Source: Blepharisma stoltei ATCC 30299 (lineage: Eukaryota > Protista > Ciliophora). Taken from it: a stretch of DNA of 64,000 bases. Of this stretch, positions 37,036-49,300 are shown in pieces (the first letter of the stretch is position 1; each line of letters starts with the position of its first letter). Both the position numbers and the translations under genes were made by a program. Location of the stretch: positions 992,001 to 1,056,000 of the forward strand of contig CBFDEM010000053.1 in NCBI GenBank assembly GCA_965603825.1. The letters are read 5' to 3'. Below the pieces are notes generated by a model that saw only the letters and a list, made by a program, of their open reading frames with translations, was not told the DNA's origin and searched no databases.

Positions 37036-38763
37036 ATGGCCGACATCACTTACAGTGACATTATTCAATTCATCCACCTTTCACTTATCCCACAAGTTGG
37101 CCAAACTAAATCAGAAATTCTCAATAAGCTGATAACTTACAACTACACCTTGAGTTTAAAAGACTTGCAGGAAATGGAACAAGAAATTACTAATCTTTTT
37201 TCTACAAATACCCAGATCGCTCAGGCTGCCCAAAACCTTTACTATGCTTGTTATTTTCAAGCGGTTTTGGACACCCATCCATTTGATACAACGTATTTAT
37301 CCTTTACAATCGATGTCATTTCCTACCTCCGTGAGCATTGCCCAGAATTAGATATAAAAGAGTCTGTTTACTCAATCCTCTGCAAAGTTGTCATAGCCCT
37401 AATTTCATGCAAAGACATAAACGACGTTTTTAATTGGGCTGATAAAATAAAGCAAATTAAAGAGCAACTACAGTATAATGAGACAGAAGTTGAAGAAGCC
37501 TGGGTGACCACAAAAATCAAGACGATTTTGCTAGAAAGGGTGTGTGATCCTAACAAAGAAACAATAAAATGGTGCATTCAAGCCATAAAGATGATTGAAA
37601 GCTCAGGATTCAATATAACTTATATAAAACAAGTTGCTATAAAAAATGCACTGGATTGGATTGAGACTACCAACGATATCTTAAATATAGCAGAAATCAC
37701 TGGAGACCCAGTTCAAAAAGATGAAGATGGGGCCAGAGAAATTCTGGAGCTTTTAAAAGAACTGCAGATTGGCGATGAAGAAGTCACTTCTGCAATAAAT
37801 GCTTTAAGTGATAAATTTGGAGTAAAGCTAAGTCCTGAAGCTCAGACTAAAACAGTAATAGCAAAAGAAAGGATCAAGTTTTTGTATCCTCCGTTATACT
37901 CAAATACAAATGAGCTTACCAAGCTGAATATCACGGTGTGGAAAGGAGTTCTTGACGGCTCAAAAGAAATTGCTATAAAATCTTATAGCCACTGGAAAGC
38001 AGAATTACTGAACCAATATCAAAAAGAAAGAGAAATTCTTGAAGGGATTTCAGGTCAGCACTCCACATTTTTAGAGTTTTACGGGTCATATACAGAAGAA
38101 GTGATTGAAAGGGGAAACAGAATGTATTCGTTTGCAATGGCAATGGAACTGTGCGAGACCACTTTAATTGTTGATATCACAAGAAGGGCCCGAGAAATAA
38201 GGCCTTACAATATATCAGAATATCAAACTTTAGTTTCAAGCCTTTTGGAAGGTTTCAGCTACCTTGAAGCAAGAAAAATTTACCACCAAGATATCAAGCC
38301 TCACAATATATTTATAACAAGAGACGGAAAACCAAAAATTGCTGATTTCAGTGTTTCCATGACAACAGAAGTGAGACTGACTTCTTTTATGACAACTGGA
38401 ATGAATTTGATTCAAGGAACAGAAGGATATATGTCTCCTGAACTCCATAAAGCTTACAAAGAACTTAAAGCTAGCCCTAATGCCCCTAAGAAGATCAAGT
38501 ACAAGCCAAGCAAATCTGATGTCTACTCTTTAGGTTTGGTGTTTTTACAAATGTATACCTTATCTCCTGTAGATGGATACAATGAAGAAGAATTTCAGCC
38601 TCATTTGCAGGAATATGTGGCACAATTCCAGCCAGAATGGGTGGCTAATATGCTAAAAAAGATGCTAAATCCAGATGCAAGGAAAAGAATAAGCTTTGTA
38701 AAAATGTACTCGCAAATCAATAGCGATCCAACTTATGTAGCTTCTTATCAGACACCTCAATAA
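37036..38763 (+). CDS. divergent protein kinase with about 280-aa unassigned helical N-terminus
   Basis: IAIK, HQDIKPHN, DFS, GTEGYMSPE and DVYSLG motifs; no GxGxxG loop. Confidence 0.85.
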   Translation: MADITYSDIIQFIHLSLIPQVGQTKSEILNKLITYNYTLSLKDLQEMEQEITNLFSTNTQIAQAAQNLYYACYFQAVLDTHPFDTTYLSFTIDVISYLREHCPELDIKESVYSILCKVVIALISCKDINDVFNWADKIKQIKEQLQYNETEVEEAWVTTKIKTILLERVCDPNKETIKWCIQAIKMIESSGFNITYIKQVAIKNALDWIETTNDILNIAEITGDPVQKDEDGAREILELLKELQIGDEEVTSAINALSDKFGVKLSPEAQTKTVIAKERIKFLYPPLYSNTNELTKLNITVWKGVLDGSKEIAIKSYSHWKAELLNQYQKEREILEGISGQHSTFLEFYGSYTEEVIERGNRMYSFAMAMELCETTLIVDITRRAREIRPYNISEYQTLVSSLLEGFSYLEARKIYHQDIKPHNIFITRDGKPKIADFSVSMTTEVRLTSFMTTGMNLIQGTEGYMSPELHKAYKELKASPNAPKKIKYKPSKSDVYSLGLVFLQMYTLSPVDGYNEEEFQPHLQEYVAQFQPEWVANMLKKMLNPDARKRISFVKMYSQINSDPTYVASYQTPQ

Positions 38764-38880
38764 TTAAATAAATTAATTATTATAATAAAAAACGAAAATT
38801 CTTAAATTTTTCAATTATATATTTGCTCTATATATTATTGCAAATTCTTATAAACAATATATTATGTAAAGTTTTTTTTT

Positions 38881-39666
38881 CTAGCTGTTACCCACAAAAA
38901 ACGTAATAAAAATTATCACCATAACTGGTAATGATAAAATTAAACCAATTTTCGTTCCAAAAGCTTGGAATTTACTTAATTTGACAAACTTCAATATAAG
39001 CAAGCTTAAAAAGCTTAGAACAAGCCCAGTAAGAATCCCTAAAATAAAGTTCAATCCATCCCCTTTTTCATGCAATTTGCTGAGCATGATTCTGCTTCGT
39101 TCATCTGGATTAGCATTAATTATTGGAAGTTTTCCTTCAAGCCATTTTTCTTCCAAAACAATTTTTTCTTCTTCGCTGTCTTTGTTGATCCCACTATAAA
39201 CACACATAGCATGGAAATGAAACTTCATTCCATGAATATCATCAGCACTATATCCAGACTCTTCTAGCTTATCCAAGCCTCGAGCTTGTGATCTTCTCAA
39301 CATTGTTCTTGACGATCCGGGCTGCTCATCAACCGGATCAGTAACAAAGCCGTGAATCACGCACTTATCATGCAGTTTATAAACCGAAATAAGATGAGAA
39401 TCCACTAAGACTCTGCCTCCATAAATAAGCCTTATGCATTTGCTTTCTTCGATTTCTTTAGCGAAGAGCCGAGTCTTTATATTTCCAACTAGTTCTGTGA
39501 GTGGGTCAAGAGAAATAGTACGGACATCAGTATCAGTGACTTTTACGAAAATTGTGATGTGGTTTGGGTTGGCAGTGGGGTCGCTTGACTCTTCGGGCCC
39601 TGAAAACAAGTGCATAGGCTGCTGGCTCTCAAGTGACTCTTCCACGATTTCATCATATTTGCCCAT
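38881..39666 (-). CDS. Dsc3/TMUB-like ubiquitin-like membrane protein
   Basis: Ubl (IRLIYGGRVL..VIHG), RGLDKLEESGYSADDI..F, LEEKW and C-terminal TM helices. Confidence 0.75.
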   Translation of the reverse strand: MGKYDEIVEESLESQQPMHLFSGPEESSDPTANPNHITIFVKVTDTDVRTISLDPLTELVGNIKTRLFAKEIEESKCIRLIYGGRVLVDSHLISVYKLHDKCVIHGFVTDPVDEQPGSSRTMLRRSQARGLDKLEESGYSADDIHGMKFHFHAMCVYSGINKDSEEEKIVLEEKWLEGKLPIINANPDERSRIMLSKLHEKGDGLNFILGILTGLVLSFLSLLILKFVKLSKFQAFGTKIGLILSLPVMVIIFITFFVGNS

Positions 39667-39706
39667 TTGATTATTTAAATACCATTTATATGATGGTTGT
39701 TACTAA

Positions 39707-41430
39707 CTATCTTAAAGCTTGCTGTGCATAGTACTTGACGTCTTTGTCAGGGTCTCTTGATAGGTCTTGCAGGAGGTTTCTGAACTGAGAGACGTCGATT
39801 TTGGTGGAAAGTTTTTTGATCGTTTTGCACAGGACTAATCTGACATTGGCTACCTTATCCCTTGCTGCTTCGTTGAAGATGGGCACGTATTGGTCTGAGT
39901 TCACATAGATGCTTCCCATTGCTTTAATGATAGTGACTCTTGCTATGCAGTTGGCTTGGTTATGATAAATTTCTTCTAGCTTCGTTAAAAACTCAGCGAC
40001 TGTCCATTCAGGGGTCATGATGGTTGTTAAAGTATTCAGCTCTTCAATTCCTGCTTCTCTCACGTCGTTTACAGGGTCTGTCAAAAATGCTACATAAATT
40101 TGCTGCAGATGTCTTATAAATGCTTCTTCTCCCAGATGTCTTGTGATATCAACACAACTTTTGATGACTGCTTGTCTTAATCTCCACTGAGGTGACTCTC
40201 TAACTAAAGTCGTCATTTGGTTAACAATAGGTGGTGAAAGCAATTCAATTCCTATAGCTGCAGCTAAATTTCCTAAGCCTTCTACCATCTTCATTTTGAC
40301 CTCAAAACTTTCATCATTCAGCAGCACAAGCACAATAGGAGTGATTTTAGCAGAAGCAAACTCTCTGCCTACGTATTGGACCATTTCTGAAATCACTTCA
40401 GCACAATTTTTCCTGACTTTTGGGTTTAAAGATAAATCTGAAGATATAGCTTCGACTGTCGGAAACACCAAATTTTGTATTTTTTCTCTGTTGATAGAGT
40501 TCATTGTGCCTTTCAGTGAATGTAAAGCTATCGATTTCACATCTGCTTCTACGTCTCTCAAAAGCTGCACAAAGGTTTGGATCAGTGAGTTTTCTGTGAT
40601 TTCTTTTCCTAGCGACTCAGCCAATTGTGGGAATTTCTGGGCAAAATGATACCTTACTCTCCAGGATTTGTCTTCTCCTACAAGAAGGATGATTGGGAGT
40701 GCATGCAATTTATTTTCTTCTTTACTTAAAAGCTTTGCGACCTCAATCATTGAATCAACGCACAAAGTTCTGACCTGATCTTGCTCATCCTGGGCTAGCT
40801 GTCTCAAGTCAGGAATTAATTCAGAAATCAAAAAAGGTTTTTCAATGACTTTTGCAAAAATTCCCATTTCAATAACTGCCGCTCTTCTTACCATTGGAGT
40901 ATCTTCGTGGCTCAGTTCTAAAAATTTTTGCCTCAGTTTTTCTTTGAAATTTCCACTTCTTGGATAAGCTGCCCCAAAAAGAGTGACAGCAGAAATCCTT
41001 GATGAGAAGTTCTCAGCAGCTGAAAGTTTTAGCACAGAAGGAACAAGTAAATTGATTATATCGCTGTCTGGGAGGACTTCAGCTATTGTTTTTATCGATC
41101 TCACAGCTTGTTCTCTCACAACAGTCTCATCCATCATAGCAAGTGTTTCTAGCAACGGGAGCAAGACACTCGGGTTGGGCAAAAATGATGACAAATTACC
41201 GAGTTCTTGAGCTAAGGCAAAGAGGACTTCGTCTTCTTCGTTTGTCAAAGCTGAGTAAAGTATTACTTGATAAATAAGGCAGTAATTGGCTCTGAACTTT
41301 TTCTGGGCCTAAAATAGTCGCGATAATTTGTATGCGATGAATTGCATTGACTTTGACGTATACTTCATCAGTGCTCATTTCTTCGCGAAGCAAGTCTAAG
41401 GGGTTCGGCTCTACATTAGAAAATACCCAT
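39707..41430 (-). CDS. PPP2R1: protein phosphatase 2A scaffold subunit A (HEAT repeats)
   Basis: EDEVL.ALA.ELG, ETVVRE.AV, DTPMVRRAA, DKSWRVRY and DPDKDVKYYA. Two 16-nt introns give the N-terminus MEPNPLDLLREEM. Confidence 0.93.
41251..41266 (-). other. 16-nt intron GTAATACTTTACTCAG
   Basis: Joins LLPYLS to TLTNEEDEVL in frame; the only CAG acceptor seen. Confidence 0.85.
41411..41426 (-). other. 16-nt intron GTATTTTCTAATGTAG
   Basis: Links ATG G to AG CCG AAC CCC, supplying the missing start codon. Confidence 0.85.
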
Positions 41431-41454
41431 TGCGCTCTTTTATATAATATTAAA

Positions 41455-44344
41455 TTAATTATGGTTAAATGTTTCAGAAAGCTTATGCAGATGAAGCCTT
41501 GGGACTTCTGTTGGGATTTGACTGAGATATTGCTCTTTTAATGTGACATTTTGGAGGTTTAGCAGAATTTCACTGTATTCTATAAGCCCATTCTGATTTA
41601 TATCTGCAAATCCGCTTAACTTGAGAGCTAAGGCATGGTCAATAGGCAGTTCAAGCCAGAGCAGCATGTTTTCGAATTCTTGAAAAGTAAGAGAAGTATC
41701 CTGGTCTGCATCCATCTTCTCAAATAGCTCATTTACCGAAGTTTTCTTTTCAATCAGCTTTTCTTTCATCATGGCTCAATATTTCTCAGCTTCTTCTCTG
41801 AAATCTTCTCTAAATTTTTGAGTTGAAAATTTATTAATTTTTTTTGGATTGCTTGTAAATGATTTATTTTTGAAGTCTTTTTTCAATTCATTATAGTAAT
41901 TTTCCAGCTCGTCTTTTGTATATATATTTTCAGTCAGATTTGTTTCTCCTTTTAAAAGCCTGATGACAACCTTTTCATAAATTAAGTCCATCATATCAAT
42001 CGCTATATCTAAAGCAGTTTTTCCAGAGGCAGTCAAAAGAGAAATATTGGCGCCCATTTGAATTAGCGTTCGAATCGCCATAAGTTGCCGATTTTCCACA
42101 GCCACATGCAATGCAGATAGTTTCTTCTTCGGAGTTTGATCATTTACAGAGTATTTTTTGGACTCAATACATTGTCTTATTTTTTCAGCACTCCCATCTT
42201 TTGCATGATCCCAAATGTGATAGAATGAATCTGTAAGCTTACTTGAGGAATCTAAGTCTTTTGGTTTTCGCTGTCTGATATCACTTTGCCCTCGCAAAAT
42301 ATTTTTATCACTGTCTAGCTTTATGAGAAATTCAATCATTTCTGCATGAGACTGAAGCGTAGAGATATGCAAGGCATTCTGTAATTTTTCATTTTTAGCA
42401 TATATGCTTGAACCATGCTCTATTAATAGCTGAGCAAGATCTAGGCGCTTATTCTGGACTGCTAGCAAAAATGGAGTAGCTTTTCGAGAGCAAGGAATTT
42501 CTAGAACTTTTGATAGAGAGGAAATTCCTGCTCTTTGAAGCTCAATAGGGGCTTCTGGATCTATACAAATGGTTTCTCTAATTTTGAATATTTTTAAAAG
42601 ATACTGTACAATATTTATTGGAGCAAAAATGCAAGCAATATGCAAAGCGTTTCAGCCTTCTTGAGTTTGCTCATCTGAAGCTTTTCAGCTTTGAGAAACT
42701 CATGATTTCACCCCAAAGTGCATATCAACATCTCCATCAACAGATCCTTCAAGTAGAAGTTTCAGAGTTTTTAAATATCCCGCAGCAACAGCAAAATGCA
42801 AAGCGTTTCATCCTCGTTTATTAGCATGCAATGGACTTGCTTTTTTTTCTAATAAAATGCTTACGGCTTCTATATTTTTTTTCTTGATGGCTGAAATAAG
42901 ATAATTTTCACTCAAATCTCCGTGGATATGCTGCAAGACTTCTTTTTCATCCAGAGCTTGCAAATCTCTATTGTCGAGTCTAAATCTACCCTTACATTTC
43001 AGAAGGTTTGAGAATTTTAATTTTTCCAACTGAAACTGAATGTCTGATCATGCTAACAAGCAAGGATGTGATTTTTTTGTCGTTTGAGAGCTCAATTGGT
43101 CTTTTTTGAAGGAGATCTTCTTGCCTTGGATTTGCGCCTCCTTCAAGCAAAAACCTTACAATTTGGTACTTATTATTCATAACTGCAAAATGAAGAGCTG
43201 ATCTGCCACACTCATCAACCCAATTGATATATTTTTGTTTTTCAATTTTATTCTGAGAAACTGAAATTTCTTCTGATTGATCCATTTTCCGTATCATTTG
43301 TTGGATTCCTTCATGGAAGCAGGATAGATCTAAATTCTGGAAAAATCGTTCTCTGGACTTTTCATGACTTATTGGCAAGGATTCAGACTTTTCACTTACA
43401 ATTGGCTTGTATTTCCTGTATTTTATAAGCCTTGCAATTGTGAAATGGTTTTCTTTTGTTTTCATCAAGTTAATAGTTTTACAAGCGTTTTTAGCACCTC
43501 TTAGCAAATATTCAACTAATTTGACATTATCTTGAAAAGATGAGTAGTGTAGAGGAGTTCTGCCTTTTTCATCTATAAGTCTCGGATCTGCTCCAACTTC
43601 TAATAGCATTACCAAGGCTTTTTCAAACCCCATCGCAGCCGCATAATGAAGCGGAGTCCTATTATATTGATCTCTCACATTTGCTCTAAGCATTCTTTCA
43701 TAATCATCATTTGCAGAGTCTAAAGTTGCTTCAACAGCCCTTAAATTTTCACTTAAAACAGCATGCAAAGTCGACAAAACGAAGCTTTGATTATATTTCA
43801 ACCCTTTTTTAACAATAGTTTTACTTGCCTTTATTCTTTTTTCAACTTTAATTTCGTATTGATCATTAAGATCACGAGAAATTTTTTTCTTTCTTCTTTC
43901 CTCTGCTCTTTCCAGAACATTTTCTATGCTGAGTTCTCTATTAATTGTTTTAACGTCAGCTACAGTAAATGAGTGATTCATTTTTGGCTGAATTTGCTCC
44001 TTTATGATTCTTTCTTTAAGTTTTTGCTTGATCATGTTGAATCTAAGTTCTTTGAGCTTTAAAATCTTTTCCGAGTTTTTAAGTTCTTCGTTAGAATAGT
44101 CGAAAAATCTTCTAGGTTTGAATTTATCTTTTTTTAATGTTTCAGATTTTTTGAGATTGTCGCTAATATTGATCGGAGGTAAAGTTAGAGTTTCTCCTAA
44201 GTTTGGTGATTTTTCTTCTATTGCTGAAACATTTAAATCTGGTACAAAATTAGGTCTGATGTGCATTGTATTATTTAACTGATGTAAGGTAATGTTATCA
44301 AGATCACCGAAATAGTCTAAATCGTTTTCTTCCATTTTAAACAT
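41455..44344 (-). CDS. ankyrin-repeat protein with C-terminal EF-hand pair
   Basis: Many TPLH/ALH ankyrin repeats including G-W(TGA)-NALH twice; EF loops DADQDTSLTFQE and DINQNGLIEYSE; one 16-nt intron. Confidence 0.85.
42980..42995 (-). other. 16-nt intron GTAAGGGTAGATTTAG
   Basis: Resolves the frame change between track ORFs 42992..44362 and 42808..43029. Confidence 0.8.
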
Positions 44345-44403
44345 TTTATTAAAGATATCCAATTTTCTGAGATTATTATAAAATTTGAGTGAAATAATTT
44401 TAC

Positions 44404-46302
44404 TTATTTTTTATTGTTTGAGCTGGATGGCGAACTCTTTTTTCTTTTGAACGTAGAAACATTCAAAATTCTTGGATTTTTATTTAATTCAATTTGAGGT
44501 GCCTTTACGCTTTGGCTAGATTTAATTGCTGGTGCTGAGCTTGACCTCTTAATCTGTGACAGGCTTTCTGATTTTTTGATATTATGATTTGATTTTGGTG
44601 CTGGTTTTTCAGTCAATTTTGTTTTATCATGCATTGATTTCGGTCTTTCTTCACGCTTTGCTTGACTTTGCATTGGTTTTTTATTTTCATCTGTATGCTT
44701 TTTATTCTGAGTTGCTCTTGGAGCTGATTTAGGCCTTTCAGCAGATTTTATTTTGTCTTGAGTTGCATTTTGTGCTGATTTTGATCTTCCATGTGCAGAC
44801 TTTTTATTTTTACTTGCATCATTCTCATTTTTATTGCGTCCCTCATGTTTTTTGCCTTTGTGTTTTAATTTTTCAACTTGGAGTTTATGCAAAACGTTGG
44901 CTTCATTTCCTCGCATACGTTTCTTTTTTTGAGGTTTTATCGATTCTCTAATTTCATTTATGCTGCTTCTAAAAGCTGAAGTTTCCCATTTATACATTTT
45001 TTGTCCTTGCTTATCCTTTTCAGTAGGTCTATATTCATGCTTCCCTTTAGAATTTGGGTTTTCTTTTGTTTTAGTTTTTTTCTCATCCTCTGCATATTTT
45101 TGCAATTTGGCTGGGATTTCGAGTTTACTCTCTTTAAATATGTTAATCATAAATTCAGCACGAACTTTATCTTCAGGCGTAAAAAAAGAAATAGCAGACC
45201 CTTGCAGCCCAGCTCTTGCCGTCCTTCCAACTCTGTGGACATAGTCTCTAGCACTTTCTGGCATATCGAAATTTATAACTGTCTTTATATCTTTTACATC
45301 AAGCCCTCTAGCAGCTAGATCTGTTGCTATTAAAATTCTGCTAAAGCCTAATGCGAACTGCTGTAGAGCAGTTGTCCTTTCTGACTGTGTTTTATCGCTA
45401 TGAATTGAAGAAACCTTGTAGCCTTCAAAAGACAAATGTGCAGCCAACCTATCACAAGCTTTTTTTGTTTCAACAAATATTAGGACCCTTGATTTAATAG
45501 GATTTAGCTTCAGAATTTCTAAAAGCTTTTTGAGCTTTTCGCCTTCTTCAATCATCTCAATTTTGTGAGAAATATCAGAATTAATGGTTAACTCCCCTGA
45601 TCCAATTCTAACTTCCTCTGGGTCTTTCATGAACTCCTTTGATATTTTTTGGATAGAGTCTGGGAAAGTTGCAGAAAACATCAAAGTCTGCCGATTACTT
45701 CCGATTTCTTGGACAATTTTTTTAATAGAGTTTTCAAATCCCATATCAAGCATTTTGTCGACTTCATCAATAACAAAATAGCTTACTTTGCTAAGTTTAG
45801 CAGCTCCTTCTATGATGTAGTCTATAAGCCTCCCTGGAGTTGCAATAAGCATAGGCTTCCCTTTGAATAAATTTGATCTCTGATCTTCTTTGTCAACTCC
45901 TCCAAACACGCATGAGCTTTTAATGTCAAGAGGATGCCCATAGTGATTAAATTCCTTAGAAGTTTGCAAAGCAAGCTCTCTTGTGGGAGAAATCACAAGC
46001 GCTATTGGACCATCACCTCTCTATATAGATTTTACTTCTATTTTTTCCCTGCTATTTATGTGTACTATTGCAGGTGCAACAAATGCAAGAGTCTTTCCTG
46101 ATCCTGTTTTCGCGATGCCAATCAAGTCTTTCCCTTTCAAAATCGGTCCCCAGCATTTATCTTGAATCTCTGTTGGCTTTGTAAACCCTGCCTCTGAGAA
46201 GCTTTTAAGAATTTCTGACGGAAAGTTGAATTTTTCAAATGCTCCAACAGCAGTTGTTGGCTTGGAAAATCTTGCAAAAAGACGATGGGCTCTAAAAAGC
46301 AT
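44404..46302 (-). CDS. DEAD-box RNA helicase (Dbp2/DDX5-like core), likely mitochondrial
   Basis: Q motif [35 protein letters not shown] and HRVGRTAR; presequence-like [13 protein letters not shown]; one 15-nt intron. Confidence 0.9.
46021..46035 (-). other. 15-nt intron GTAAAATCTATATAG
   Basis: Removal joins motif I to [17 protein letters not shown]. Confidence 0.92.
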
Positions 46303-46351
46303 TGTAAAAATCCATATTTTAAAGATGTGATAAAAATAAACAATTTATAGT

Positions 46352-49300
46352 TTAAGCGCTCTGATCTTCATTGGCTTTCAGCAAATACGTTTTGATAACT
46401 CGATTCACTGAGGGTATATCTACTTCTTGATGAAATCTGAACTTAAATGCCCCAGGCTTGTAATTATCAATCACCATCATGCTATCTTCACTTATGCAGA
46501 TAGCCCCAGGAACTCCATTGCTCTCCATCTTATTCGCTATCAGGACATCAGATCCAAAAATATCATACCTTATAATATTAGCTCCTGCAATCCCTCCAAT
46601 TATACTGCCTGTATGGATCCCAACCCTCATTTTTAAATTCAAAATTAAGCCATCATTTACAATATCAATTGTCTGGAGAAGCGCTTGTGCAAAATTTATT
46701 ATGTTAAGGCACTCTTGTGAAGGATTTCTTTCATAATCAGTGCCATTGAGCCCCATTGCAACATAGCAATCGCCAATTGTGTGGACTTTATATACATTGA
46801 ACTCAACACATAATTTGTCAAATCTCGTGAAAAATTCAGAAAGCATGCCAACCACCTCTTTTGCTTCTTTATTGGAAGATCATAATGTAAATCCTGCTAT
46901 ATCTGCATATAGCATTGTAACGTTGGAAAAGGTATCAGCGATTGCTATTTCTTCTCTTAAATTGCGAAATACATGTGGAGGCATCATTTGAGTTAATAAA
47001 GCTTCTATTTTCTCAATTTCTCTATTTGAGGCATTTTCGATAGCAAGAAATCTTCTGAGGTTTTTTTCTCTATAGAATGTGACGAACTGTACAATTGTAG
47101 TATAGCCCAGAACCATTATTGCTTCCTGGACTGCAAACATATGGTTTGAGAAAAACAATGAAATAATCCAAAAAATAGCTAATGATAAAGATACCACAAA
47201 TAAATTTTTGAAAAATAACCCTGTGCATTGGAGAAGAATGAAATACATAAGAAATATGCTTGTAATCGCTGAAAACTCTTCAGATGTTTCAGTTTGCCAG
47301 AATTCGATAATAATTTTAGCAATTATTGACAGTGCATAAAATATTTCAAGAGTAATAGAAAAGAGCTTTTTTGTGTGCATTCGTTTTATGACGGTAACAG
47401 TCACTGCATAAATGATAGTTTCAATACTGAAAAAGCAAAGGTCGGCTATTTTATACGATTTTGGTTCTTCGTTAATTGCATCTGCTAAATTTGTCAACAC
47501 CAAAATAAAACAGCTTACAAGCCCAACATAGTTGCCAAAAATTAGAGCTGAAGAATAGTTTCTCAGCATTTGATGCCTGACTATTCTATCTTCATGAGTT
47601 TCATTTATATTAAACGGACAAAAATCTTCTATATTAAAATCTTCTTTAGGGATTTTTATGTTTGACGTTGATAAATCAGACGATTTGCGGTCAGACAAGA
47701 TAGTTGAATGGTTGCTAAAAGGAATTGAATCAAGCCTTATGCTGCTTTGCAAGCTAGCCCTCATTATTGGACTATTATTTCCTCATTGGACTTGGACTGT
47801 TGGCAATAGAGGCACCATATCTTTAAAGTCATCTTCAGGCGACTGGTTTAGACTTACCAAGACTGTATTCATTTGTCCTTTTCCTTTTACACTAATCGAT
47901 TTTTTGATAAATGAAAGTCCTGTATAATCTCCTAGATGGCTATAAGTATTTTCTGAAATTTGAATTTTTGAAGAGTCAGTAAGGGTAGAAGCCATCCTAC
48001 TTGCAGTATTTACAGTATCACCAACCAGTGAAAATTGCGGTTTATGATATCCTACAACTCCTGCAGTTACTGGTCCTGTGTGAATCCCAATTTTTACTTT
48101 CAAAGGCTCTCCTTTACTTAAAAAAATTTTCTCAACTGTGCTCAATATTTTTAAGCCCATCTCAACACATCTTCTTGAATGAGGAATTGATCTGAAATAA
48201 GGTGATAATTCTATTTCACTGTCTTTAAGACCTGCACATGCCATATATACATTCCCAACAGTTTCTATTTTAGTGACTCCTGTGTTGTCACAAATATTAT
48301 CAAATTTCCTATAAATTTCATCTAAAAACTGAGTAATCTCGCTGCTGGGGTAATTTGAGATAATGTCCTCAAAATCATCTATATCACAGAAAAGGATAGA
48401 AACAACCCCCTGATCTTCTGCGATATATCTTATTCCATCTTTTACTCTTTTCCTCACAAACGCAGGCAACACAAAATTCAGCACCTGCTCTGATTTTTCC
48501 ATCTCACTATCTACTTTCTTCAAGAAAGTTCATCTTATTCGTTTTGTTTTAGAAGCAATATATACTCTTGCTGAAGAAATTGAAGAAACAGCTATATAAA
48601 GAGTTATCACTTCTATTACATAAACTGGGTCAATTTGTGAATGCATAATAATACATCCACCATATAGGAAAATTGTAATAAATGTTACGAAGTTCATTTC
48701 AATTCATATGCCGCTGACTCCTAAAAGGAAAAGAGGGGACCAATATAAATAAAGCTGCGTTGCTATAATTTTATACTGAAAAATATTGATACAATAAATG
48801 ATCATGTTAAAACTCACTGCTAAGATCACCATCTCTTTATGATATATTTGAAATAAAGATGTCAGTGAGAGTACTAATAGTACGAAATAAATAAAGAAAG
48901 TGACAATAATGAAGATGCCAAAGGATTCAGGAGTGTCTGAATTGCTTATTTCATAAATTTCAAGTCCTAAAAATGATAAATAAGAACACCATAAAAATAT
49001 TCGAAAATTATTGGAATTGTGGTTTGAATAAATTTGAAAATCGCTCTCAACCATTTTTGATCTGAATTTCAAGGTCCATGGATTTATTGCATAGGAATCG
49101 TGGTTGTGCTTGAATGAGGTCGATTTTTTGTAGACAGACTCCATTTTATCTTTAAATTCTTCTAATCTTGAAGACACTTTTAGAGAGAAGATGTTTTTGC
49201 CTTTGACTTTTATCAAATCTACAAGTCTTGGATGGAAAAGTATTAAATAGAATTTGAAGAAAAAACTAATTGTCAAGCACATTAAAGGAAAAATAATGAA

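Noticed and set aside
41196-43029. Programmed ribosomal frameshifts at overlapping ORFs (PP2A-A, ankyrin gene)
   Set aside because: 16-nt GT..AG introns explain each frame change exactly.
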